Positions 1 to 7,638 of a stretch of 20,875 nt of DNA are shown here, piece after piece. The position numbers and the translations under genes were made by a program. Source of the stretch: Candidatus Aenigmatarchaeota archaeon (GTDB lineage: Archaea > Aenigmatarchaeota > Aenigmatarchaeia > QMZP01 > QMZT01); NCBI GenBank assembly GCA_003663325.1, contig QMZT01000014.1, forward strand, positions 1 to 20,875, in the 5' to 3' direction. Below the pieces are notes generated by a model. It was not told where the DNA came from and made no database searches. It saw only the letters and a list, made by a program, of their open reading frames with translations. The first letter of the stretch is position 1. The number at the start of each line of letters is the position of its first letter.

Positions 1-55
1 CATCTCAACACAAACAACACTAGCAAAATATCTCATTAACACCAATTAACTTATC

Positions 56-97
56 CACGCCGTAATTCCACTGGTCTGTGACCAGTGGATAGGCGTG
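56..97. repeat. GC-rich extended inverted repeat (perfect 9-10 bp stem CCACTGGTC/GACCAGTGG with 3-nt loop, flanked by CACGCC/GGCGTG)
   Basis: Read directly. CCACTGGTC at 68-76 and its exact reverse complement GACCAGTGG at 80-88. The outer CACGCC (56-61) pairs with GGCGTG (92-97). It lies upstream of dapF in an otherwise AT-rich intergenic stretch. Confidence 0.6.
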
Positions 98-147
98 GTC
101 ACCAATGAAACAAGATTTAAATGAGTTCTTGTTATCTTAAAACTATT

Positions 148-939
148 ATGAAAATAACGCTCATGCATGGATGCGGAAATAACTATGGAATAATTGAGGA
201 TTTGGATGGTGAGCTAGAGCCACATTATAAAAGGCTTTCACAACAAATTTCCCGAACAATGGGAAGTGATGGTGTTCTTTTTGTATGTAAGGGGGAGCGA
301 ACAGATTATAGAATGAGGATTTTCAATCCAGATGGTTCGGAGGCAGAGATGTGCGGTAATGGTATAAGATTGTTTGCAAGATACCTGTATGATAAGGGAA
401 TTGTAAAGGAGCTGGAAGTGCCTATAGAAACATATGATGGAAGTATTGTTGTTTTACCCAAACTTAAGATAGAAAACGGCGAGGTTGTTTCTGTAACCGT
501 TGATATGGGGAAAGGAAAATTGCTGGATAGAAAATGCATACAGATCAACGATACTACCTTTTATGGCGATCATATCTCTGTAGGCAACCCACATTATGTC
601 ATACTTACTGATGAAGCTTCTAAGAGTATGGCAATAAAATACGGGCCTTTGATAGAGATGCATGAAAGCTTTAGGCCAGAAAGAACAAATGTTGAGTTTG
701 CAAAGCCTTGGAGAGATAAAATGAGGCTTTACGTATGGGAAAGGGGAGCTGGACTTACACAAGCATGCGGAACTGGTGCATGTGCTGCAGTATTTGCTGG
801 CTATAAAAGGGGTTTAAACGGGAGCGATGTTAAGGTTTTTTTGCCCGGCGGTGCGTTGGAGGTTTCCATTAGGGATGATGATAATATATTTTTAACTGGG
901 CCAGCAGAGTATATTGATGAGTACTATATTGAGTTGTAA
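148..939 (+). CDS. dapF: diaminopimelate epimerase
   Basis: The ORF 121-939 carries both DapF catalytic-cysteine motifs, 'EMCGNGIR' and 'ACGTGACA', plus 'GNPH' and an N-terminal 'MHGCGNNYG' (cf. MHGxGNDF). The TATA-like ATTTAAAT at 116-123 lies about 27 nt before ATG 148, so 148 is the more likely leaderless start. ATG 121 is the alternative. Confidence 0.88.
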   Translation: MKITLMHGCGNNYGIIEDLDGELEPHYKRLSQQISRTMGSDGVLFVCKGERTDYRMRIFNPDGSEAEMCGNGIRLFARYLYDKGIVKELEVPIETYDGSIVVLPKLKIENGEVVSVTVDMGKGKLLDRKCIQINDTTFYGDHISVGNPHYVILTDEASKSMAIKYGPLIEMHESFRPERTNVEFAKPWRDKMRLYVWERGAGLTQACGTGACAAVFAGYKRGLNGSDVKVFLPGGALEVSIRDDDNIFLTGPAEYIDEYYIEL

Positions 940-949
940 ATAACACAGG

Positions 950-1283
950 GTGAAAAATGAGTTGGGACAGAAAATACCTAATGATCCCAGAGTCACAAGA
1001 ATCGGAAGGATTCTAAGAAAATACTCTATTGATGAATTACCTAATCTGCTGTATTGGTGGTTTGGTTTTGGCCCAGGAATGGAAAAGGAAAACCTATCGA
1101 GCAAGAAGGGGAATAATACCACCATGCGTGGTGGTTCCAAATTATTCGGAACTAACACCAAAAGAAATGGCAGAGATTGATCTAAGATACTTAGAGGAAT
1201 ACCAAAAAGACCCATTCACCGCAAAACTCAGGGTAATAGCAGGCTTGGTAAGAAATTATATAAATGGCTATAAGAACGCTTGA
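950..1283 (+). pseudogene. decayed C-terminal remnant of a bacterial-type sugar transferase (Bac_transf / WbaP-like phosphoglycosyltransferase), split across two frames
   Basis: Frame A (950-1180) reads 'KNELGQKIPNDPRVTRIGRILRKYSIDELPNLL', matching the conserved '..[23 protein letters not shown]' block. Frame B (1029-1283) reads 'RRGIIPP..SELTPKEMAEIDLRYLEEYQKDPFTAKLRVIAGL', following the 'KPGITGWAQV..SWEEKLELDLYYVENWSLWLDLKILLKTI' pattern. The two halves lie in different frames, with the switch around 1085-1110. The whole N-terminal TM/catalytic half is missing because dapF ends at 939. Confidence 0.6.
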
Positions 1284-1284
1284 A

Positions 1285-1899
1285 CTACTTAAAAACCTCT
1301 ATAACCCTGTAATTAACACCAAGCTCTTTCAATATATTTGTTATTTTTTCCATATAAGGTTGACCAATTATTACAGCGCTATTCCCTATTCTTTCCCCTG
1401 CCTCTTCGATCACACCTTTATACCTTTTATTTTTTCCCCAGTATCCAAAAATTTTTCTATTGAGTTTAACCCTCGTTTTAGCATCTTTAGGTGTGCTCCA
1501 TTCTATTATCGCATATTTATTTAGATTTGCTTGAACAGACTTGCCGAATAATAGAATACCATCTTTAGTCACAGAATCCCTCAATCCCCATTCATCAAAC
1601 GAACCAATTACTATATTTATGGGATTTTCTACTCCAATTGCTTTCCATATCTCAAACGTTTTGGAAAAGAAAAATTTCTCTCGTATATAGCCGATATCCT
1701 TTTTTAATGCCGCCTCTCCATCTTTATAGCATTCTACGAATATATCAACATCACTACTATTTTTAATGTCACCTCTAGCCACAGACCCAAATAGATAAAT
1801 ATTTCTTATTTTATCGATTTTCTCTGTCTCAAGCATCTTTATCATGAACGAGATAAATGAACATGCATAAGCAATAAGTTGTTTCTGTCTAAACCTCAT
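1285..1899 (-). CDS. minimal nucleotidyltransferase (MNT, Pol-beta superfamily) with C-terminal extension; antitoxin-like partner of the upstream HEPN-like gene
   Basis: 'LFGSVARGDIKNSSDVDIFV' is the GS..(8-12)..DxD nucleotidyltransferase signature. The start ATG 1897-1899 overlaps the stop of the upstream ORF by 11 nt, implying translational coupling. An alternative start is ATG 1845. The ~100-aa C-terminal extension is unassigned. Confidence 0.75.
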   Translation of the reverse strand: MRFRQKQLIAYACSFISFMIKMLETEKIDKIRNIYLFGSVARGDIKNSSDVDIFVECYKDGEAALKKDIGYIREKFFFSKTFEIWKAIGVENPINIVIGSFDEWGLRDSVTKDGILLFGKSVQANLNKYAIIEWSTPKDAKTRVKLNRKIFGYWGKNKRYKGVIEEAGERIGNSAVIIGQPYMEKITNILKELGVNYRVIEVFK

Positions 1900-2290
1900 C
1901 CAAAACCCCCTCCTTCTCCACTATATTTTTTAACTCATTAAATAGGTTTAGATAGTCCTCTAACTCATCTTTTTTCCTTCTCTTTCCATAGCAGAGTATA
2001 TTTCTACGCTTCTCTATCTCTACCAACAAATTTATTATCTTGTCCTTTTCAGGAAAGTCAAAATGAAGCGTTTCTTTTGCTTTTCTTATGGATGAGAAAT
2101 CCGTATGCTTCAGTATCCTTTCCTCGCTAAGTAAGCCAAGTTTATGTAGCATAACTTCTACTATTTCCGTTGCACAAACAGATACATGAAAGCCTAGACT
2201 TCTTTGTCTCCTCTCTAACCCAAGCTCTATAGCTTCTTCTATCTCTTCTAGACTTTCCCTTATATTTTTGACATGCTCTTCTATTTTCAT
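1889..2290 (-). CDS. HEPN-like helical protein (Rx4H motif 'RSLGFH'), toxin-like partner of the MNT
   Basis: The track ORF 1889-2350 begins with a TTG inside the operator repeats. The first ATG (MKIEEHVKN...) is at 2288-2290. 'ERRQRSLGFHVS' fits the HEPN R-x4-6-H pattern. Its small size, predicted helical character and 11-nt overlap with an MNT gene fit HEPN/MNT modules. Homology is not proven. Confidence 0.5.
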   Translation of the reverse strand: MKIEEHVKNIRESLEEIEEAIELGLERRQRSLGFHVSVCATEIVEVMLHKLGLLSEERILKHTDFSSIRKAKETLHFDFPEKDKIINLLVEIEKRRNILCYGKRRKKDELEDYLNLFNELKNIVEKEGVLDEV

Positions 2291-2299
2291 GTTCTCTAA

Positions 2300-2380
2300 T
2301 AACAATTGTATTGTTACAACTTTATAAACCTTATTGTTATTTTGTAACAACTCTATTGTTACATCTGAACAACAATTTAA
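2300..2380. promoter_or_regulatory. operator-like array of TTGTT/AACAA half-sites and palindromes around a TATA box, upstream of the HEPN-like/MNT operon
   Basis: ACAATTGT (2303-2310) is a perfect palindrome. TTGTTACAA (2311-2319) and its reverse complement TTGTAACAA (2342-2350) form an inverted repeat. Further ATTGTTAT (2333-2340), ATTGTTACAT (2355-2364) and AACAACAATTT (2369-2379) follow. TTTATAAA (2321-2328) is TATA-like and lies about 30-38 nt before ATG 2290. Confidence 0.55.
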
Positions 2381-2388
2381 AACAAAAG

Positions 2389-3324
2389 CTATCGCATATC
2401 CTTACTCTTTACTTTCTTTGCATGCTCAATGAGCCTGTGAAGGTAATCAAAGGTAAAGTTTTGCCATTCTTTCCATCTTGTTGGACCAAATCTCTCATAC
2501 CCTTCTATTACCTTTGCTTTTTCTCCCAACTCCTCTGCAGCTGTATGTACCTTTCTCCCGAGCTCTTTAGCCTTCTTATAGACCTCGTAGTAAATCTCTC
2601 TATAGCGATAGTCTCTCAAAAGATGGTGATCTAGTATAACTTTAGACTCTGTATGAGTAATGATATAAAGTGTATTTTCGATAACCTTCTTTAGGTTTTC
2701 AAAGGATGCGAGAAAGCCAAGCAGATAGGAAGGAAAGCCATCCAAAATAAGCAAGCTTGGGTCTTGCTTGGTAATAAGCTTTGCATAACTATTAATGTAC
2801 GGCCCATCTATATCTGAGGAATGTAAAAGCTTGCTATCATTATCCTTTATACTTACCATGATAACCTTGCCCAAATTCGTTCCCTCTACCCCATGCCACA
2901 GAGGTGGTGAGAACTCTATTATTGTGGAACCAAATTTGAATTTCTTATTATCAGCAACCTCTATCTTCTTTGGCTTTACTATTTTTAAAAAATAGCTTGC
3001 CCTTTTCATTTGGCTTGCGTTTATATTATTAAGAGGATCCTTTATTAACAAATGCTTTCCCCTGTAAAGCTCGCTTTGCGGTATATGATGGTCGTAATGG
3101 TAATGGGTTATGATTATTATATCTGCATCCTTGCATGCTTTCTTTATCCTGCCTTTATACTTCATCTTTAATGCAAGCTTTTCGTATCTTGGCAATGGGA
3201 AAGAACCAGTCTCGCCTGCAATCCCAGGGTCAATGCATACTCTAACATCTTTTGTCTCAACAAAAACACAGCTTGATTTAACACCAAAGGAATCGAAGGC
3301 TACATATTTAACTTCCATATTCAA
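2389..3324 (-). CDS. metallo-beta-lactamase-fold hydrolase, archaeal COG2248/UPF0282-like (paralog 1)
   Basis: Contains 'THYHYDHH' (the HxHxDH MBL motif) and the N-terminal 'FDSFGVKSSC..DPG'. It is clearly paralogous to ORF 18666-19613, which shares the same motifs and length. Confidence 0.85.
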   Translation of the reverse strand: MNMEVKYVAFDSFGVKSSCVFVETKDVRVCIDPGIAGETGSFPLPRYEKLALKMKYKGRIKKACKDADIIIITHYHYDHHIPQSELYRGKHLLIKDPLNNINASQMKRASYFLKIVKPKKIEVADNKKFKFGSTIIEFSPPLWHGVEGTNLGKVIMVSIKDNDSKLLHSSDIDGPYINSYAKLITKQDPSLLILDGFPSYLLGFLASFENLKKVIENTLYIITHTESKVILDHHLLRDYRYREIYYEVYKKAKELGRKVHTAAEELGEKAKVIEGYERFGPTRWKEWQNFTFDYLHRLIEHAKKVKSKDMR

Positions 3325-3369
3325 TATTGAACAAAGTTATTAATATGGGTTGTGGGCAAATCTATAATT

Positions 3370-4374
3370 ATGATAATTGCTATCTCTGGCACACCCGCAA
3401 CAGGAAAGACGAGCGTTGCTAATGAGCTTAAGAAATTAATTAATTGGCCTGTTTTTCATTTAAATGAAATGGCTGAAAAGTATGGACTTTACTCGGGATA
3501 TGATGCAGAGAGAGGATGCAAAATAGTGGATATAGAGAAGGTAGCAAAAAGGATCAAAGAGGCAGAGAAAAAGTACAAGAATATTATTATAGAATCCCAC
3601 TATGCTCATGAGATAGAGTGTGATATAGTTATTATTTTAAGAACGAAGGTCAGCACGCTGAGGGCAAGGATGAGAGAGAAGGGCTGGAAGATAGGAAAAA
3701 TAGAGGAGAATGTAATAGCGGAGATAATGGAGGTGTGTAAAACAGAAGCACTAAGCGCTGGAAGGGGCGTCTATGAGATTGATACAACAGGGAGGCATGC
3801 CAGCTATGTAGCCCATGAAATAGCAGAATTTCTAAGGTTATATGTAAATTGCACGAAGAAGGATATTGTTATAAAGGAAAAGCACAAAGCTATGTTAAGA
3901 AAACCATTCGGTAGGGTTATAAAGGATATAAAGGTGATAAAAGGCGTAGTTAAGAATAACAATAAGAAAATGCTAATAAGCGTTGGTGATGTCACATCAA
4001 GCACGCTTGTTGATAACGCAATATTTCCCAATATTATTATCATAGATAACATGGTAAAAAGGAAGGCCTTTAATAAGAAAATAGAATATGGGAGCTATGT
4101 TATAAATGCAAATAACCCAAGAGGAAGGATAACACCCTCTCTATGGAAAAGCGTGCTGAGGGCTATAAATATAGGTAATGACGTTAAAGTTAAGGTTAAT
4201 GGAGAAGAGGATATGGCTGTCATACCGTGTGCCATTTTTGCCCCTAATGGCAGTATTATACTTTATGGCCAACCAGATAACGGTATGGTTATGGTTAATG
4301 TTGATGAAAAAAAGAAGGCAGAGGCGAGGGAAATAGTTAAAATGTTAATGGGTGTGAGTGAGTTTAAGATCTAG
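3370..4374 (+). CDS. fusion protein: N-terminal Fap7/AK6-like P-loop kinase + C-terminal DUF359 (archaeal GTP-dependent dephospho-CoA kinase family) domain
   Basis: The N-terminus 'MIIAISGTPATGKTSV' is a Walker A motif. 'IIIESHYAHEIECDIVIILRTKVSTLRARMREKGW' matches the Fap7/AK6 core. The C-terminal half has 'LISVGDVTSS' and 'VNGEEDMAVIPCAIFAPNGSIILYGQP', matching the VGD and (D/N)GEEDLA(V/L)P hallmarks of DUF359. Alternative start is GTG 3352. Confidence 0.75.
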   Translation: MIIAISGTPATGKTSVANELKKLINWPVFHLNEMAEKYGLYSGYDAERGCKIVDIEKVAKRIKEAEKKYKNIIIESHYAHEIECDIVIILRTKVSTLRARMREKGWKIGKIEENVIAEIMEVCKTEALSAGRGVYEIDTTGRHASYVAHEIAEFLRLYVNCTKKDIVIKEKHKAMLRKPFGRVIKDIKVIKGVVKNNNKKMLISVGDVTSSTLVDNAIFPNIIIIDNMVKRKAFNKKIEYGSYVINANNPRGRITPSLWKSVLRAINIGNDVKVKVNGEEDMAVIPCAIFAPNGSIILYGQPDNGMVMVNVDEKKKAEAREIVKMLMGVSEFKI

Positions 4375-4383
4375 GCGAGGGGT

Positions 4384-5283
4384 ATGTTTAGCTTATTAAA
4401 AAAGAGGATGGCAAGCTCTATAGAGAGGTTTGGAAAAAGGGTAAAAGAGAGGGAGATAAGTGAGAAGGATATAGATGAGTTTATTTCAGACATACAAATA
4501 GATCTGCTCAGCGTGGACATAAGTCTGGAAGTAGTGGAATTTCTCAGGCAAAGGTTAAAGGGGATGCTTGTTGGTATGAGTGTAAAAAGGTCTGAACTAA
4601 AAAGAATAATAGCCAAGGCTATTGAAAATGTTATGCTTGAAATACTAAATGCTGGTAGCTATGAAATAAAAAGTTATGGAAAGGGTACGTGCGTGCTCTT
4701 TCTCGGATTCAATGGGACAGGCAAAACAACAACACTTGCAAAAATAGGCAAATTACTGATGGAAAAGGGCTACAGCGTTGTATTTGCTGCTGGGGATACA
4801 TTTAGAGCTGCAAGTATAGAGCAACTCGCTATACATTCAAAAAAGCTTGGTGTTAAGCTAATAAAGCATAGCTATGGTGCTGATCCAGCAGCCGTTATAT
4901 TTGACGCGATAAAGCATGCCAAGACAAAGGGAATAGATTTTGTGCTTGCCGATACCGCTGGTAGAAGCCACTCGAATAAAAATTTAATGGAAGAGCTTAA
5001 AAAAATTGTCAGGGTTAACAACCCAGAAATCAAATTGCTTATATTAGATTCGCTCAGCGGTATAGATGCTATAGAGCAGGCAAAGATGTTTAATGATACT
5101 GTTGGAATAGATGCCATGATCTTTACAAAGGCTGATGTCAATGAGAAGGGCGGTATCATAATATCTGTCTGCCATGAGATTAAAAAACCTATAGCTTTCC
5201 TTTGTACTGGTCAGAGCTATGATGATATCAAAAGATTTGAAGCAAAAGAATTCGTTAGGCACATTCTACCCTTTCAGGATTAA
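4384..5283 (+). CDS. ftsY: signal recognition particle receptor FtsY (SRP GTPase, NG domain)
   Basis: Contains 'FLGFNGTGKTTTLAKI' (G1), 'DTAGR' (G3) and 'TKADV' (G4). At 299 aa with no M-domain it is FtsY rather than Ffh/SRP54. The GAGGG upstream of the ATG is RBS-like. Confidence 0.9.
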   Translation: MFSLLKKRMASSIERFGKRVKEREISEKDIDEFISDIQIDLLSVDISLEVVEFLRQRLKGMLVGMSVKRSELKRIIAKAIENVMLEILNAGSYEIKSYGKGTCVLFLGFNGTGKTTTLAKIGKLLMEKGYSVVFAAGDTFRAASIEQLAIHSKKLGVKLIKHSYGADPAAVIFDAIKHAKTKGIDFVLADTAGRSHSNKNLMEELKKIVRVNNPEIKLLILDSLSGIDAIEQAKMFNDTVGIDAMIFTKADVNEKGGIIISVCHEIKKPIAFLCTGQSYDDIKRFEAKEFVRHILPFQD

Positions 5284-7401
5284 AATAAACGTTAACAGTT
5301 TGAGAAGGAAAGGAAGAATGCTTGAGCTTGTAAGCCCAAAAATGGGAATCAAGAAAATGGTACAGGCTAGCGCACCTATGCATGCTCCGCCAAGATCTGC
5401 AGCATAAAGCCTCCCTGTCGTTTCCTCAATACCCCTCTTTTTACTGAAGTATAATTTTGCCGCCAAGGGAAACTCAAAGCCTACCATAGAGGATATTGTT
5501 AAGGTTATTAATGGAAAGATTATATTTGCTATTATAATTTCCATTTCTGGTGGAAGGGCAGCTATAGATATCATTAATAAAGGCAGCGCTATGGAGTAGA
5601 AGGCTATGGATAGCTCGGTAAATAACAGCGCTCTGTAAGTCAATTTGTTTATTCTCTTATTAGCCAAAAAAGAACCTATTGCTAGGCCAAGCATAAACAT
5701 TGTTACTATAACACCTATTTGTTGATAAACATAACCATATATACTCTGAAATGCTATCAAGATTATTATTTCTAAAAACGATGCGGCAAAACCTGTAGTA
5801 AATATAGCAGCGGGTATGGTATGCCTTGTCAAGATGCCAAAGAAAAGTACAACAAGAGCGATTATAGCAACAATAGCTACTATGCTCGTATGGAAATGAG
5901 CTAGCCAATACTTTATGCCGTAGTAATAGGCAATCGGTCTGAAATCTTCATTAATGATGGGCATTTTTCTTATAACATTATTTATATATTCTATTCTCGT
6001 CTTACTTAGCTCGGAAGATAGATAATACTTATTAACATATTCTGTATCTATGCCGGCCATCATTAGCTCTCCAGAAATGTTGTACGTTAAATTGCCATCG
6101 GAAGCAATAATAAACATGGTATCACCTGGTATTAGCAGGCTGTGATTAAATACGTGAGAAATAGTTGTATAGATCACCGAAACCATATCCCTTGTTGCAT
6201 TGCCTATATAATTTTCCGAACCCGCTAGATTGATCTCAATTACACCATCCTTTTTTAATCTTTTCTTTGCTTCTTGGAAAAACTGAATAGTGTAGAATCT
6301 GTTTATTTGAGCTGTTAGTGGATCTGGAAGGTCTACGATGATAACATCATACTTCTTGTCAGCTGTTTTGATCCATAGCCTCCCATCCATAATAATGGTC
6401 CTTATCTTGCCTTTGGGATACTGCGTAAATATAATCCCAGCTCTTATTATTTCTGGGTCCAGCTCTACATAATCAACACTTGCATTATATTTCATAAGTT
6501 CACCCAAGCTCCCACTTATACCCCCAGATATTAAGAGAACGTCTTTCGCATGCGTTCTTTGGGACATCGCATAATGCACAACCTTTTCACTCATTATGGT
6601 ATTATTTGTGCTAAAAAGCGGCACGCCGTTCTCAAAGAAATTGATTTGGTTTGAGGTCTTTGTAATAACTAGGAATCCATAGGGTGTGTTTTTATTGAGA
6701 AGTATCTCTTGCCCTTTATACATCTGCTTAAGTGTTAAGGAATGGATATCAAGCAATAACGGTATGGAAAGAAGTAAGATGGAAAGAAGGAAAAGGGAGG
6801 CTGGATATTTTTTATTGACAGCATAGGAGAGCAGGCAAGAGGCAAGGAGGTTTATAAACATAACAATATATGCCATCTGAAAGGAATTGAAAAGAAAAAT
6901 GAGAATAAAGGAAAATATGAAGCCGCCTAGTATATCTCCTATATTATCTATGAAATAAATTTTTCCTATATCCTCGCCCCTCCTTTTTTCAGAATAAAGG
7001 GAGGCAGCAAATGTTAATAACATGCCCGAGATAAAGCAGTATGGGAAAAGTATAAGGAAAGGGTAAGTTATAACCTCTGTAAAGCCTGCCATTACACCAT
7101 AGACAAGCGCGTTTGTTTTTATTGTTCTGGTTAGATAAAAGGAAATGAATGGTAAAACAGCTATAATTAATTGCAATGCAATAAACAGCTTGTTTCTTTT
7201 GAAAAGGTTTGGTATGTACTTTGCAAAGTAGCTCCCAATACCATTAATCAAAAGCCAATCCATCAATATTATTCCAACTACAAGCTCATTTCCATTAAAT
7301 ATATTTAGAAATTCTCTCAATATAGCAAGCTGCGTGACCATGGAAGATATACCGAGTGCTGTTACACTAAATAATAAAGCATTTCTCTTGTCTATGTGCA
7401 T
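5266..7401 (-). CDS. polytopic membrane protein with embedded spermidine-synthase-like (PABS) domain
   Basis: Multiple hydrophobic segments lie at both ends. The central 'VLLISGGISGSLGELMKYNASVDYVELDPEI' and 'DVIIVDLPDP' correspond to the SpeE GGGDGG and DVIIVDSTDP blocks. It overlaps the ftsY 3' end by 18 nt (convergent). Confidence 0.8.
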   Translation of the reverse strand: MHIDKRNALLFSVTALGISSMVTQLAILREFLNIFNGNELVVGIILMDWLLINGIGSYFAKYIPNLFKRNKLFIALQLIIAVLPFISFYLTRTIKTNALVYGVMAGFTEVITYPFLILFPYCFISGMLLTFAASLYSEKRRGEDIGKIYFIDNIGDILGGFIFSFILIFLFNSFQMAYIVMFINLLASCLLSYAVNKKYPASLFLLSILLLSIPLLLDIHSLTLKQMYKGQEILLNKNTPYGFLVITKTSNQINFFENGVPLFSTNNTIMSEKVVHYAMSQRTHAKDVLLISGGISGSLGELMKYNASVDYVELDPEIIRAGIIFTQYPKGKIRTIIMDGRLWIKTADKKYDVIIVDLPDPLTAQINRFYTIQFFQEAKKRLKKDGVIEINLAGSENYIGNATRDMVSVIYTTISHVFNHSLLIPGDTMFIIASDGNLTYNISGELMMAGIDTEYVNKYYLSSELSKTRIEYINNVIRKMPIINEDFRPIAYYYGIKYWLAHFHTSIVAIVAIIALVVLFFGILTRHTIPAAIFTTGFAASFLEIIILIAFQSIYGYVYQQIGVIVTMFMLGLAIGSFLANKRINKLTYRALLFTELSIAFYSIALPLLMISIAALPPEMEIIIANIIFPLITLTISSMVGFEFPLAAKLYFSKKRGIEETTGRLYAADLGGACIGALACTIFLIPIFGLTSSSILPFLLKLLTFILILKG

Positions 7402-7446
7402 AATAAGCTTTTTAAAACCATCAATAAATTATTAATTGGTGAGTGC

Positions 7447-7638
7447 ATGCCAATAGGCCCATTAGAAATATTGCTCATAGTCTTTATAATACTCATCCTT
7501 TTTGGTCCAAAAAGATTACCACAGCTTGCAAGGGCTTTGGGTGAAGCTGTACGTGAATATAAAAAGGGACTTGAGGAAGGGAAAGGGAGTAAAAAAAGAA
7601 AAAAGAAAAAGAGCAAGAAGAGCAAGCTTGCTGGATAA
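7447..7638 (+). CDS. tatA: Sec-independent (Tat) translocase subunit TatA/E with Lys-rich C-terminal tail
   Basis: 'MPIGPLEILLIVFIILILFGPKRLPQLARALGEAVREYKKG' is the canonical TatA TM and amphipathic-helix motif (FG.K.LP.L.R.LG). The track ORF starts 17 codons earlier at 7396. The tail is KKRKKKKSKKSK. Confidence 0.85.
   Translation: MPIGPLEILLIVFIILILFGPKRLPQLARALGEAVREYKKGLEEGKGSKKRKKKKSKKSKLAG

Noticed and set aside
306-762. Two minus-strand ORFs (80 and 102 aa) inside dapF.
   Set aside because: They are antisense to a strongly supported gene, hydrophobic and low-complexity, and have no motifs. They are typical AT-rich shadow ORFs.
5219-5407. A 62-aa plus-strand ORF downstream of ftsY.
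   Set aside because: It lies entirely within the antisense of the 711-aa membrane-protein gene and has no signal.
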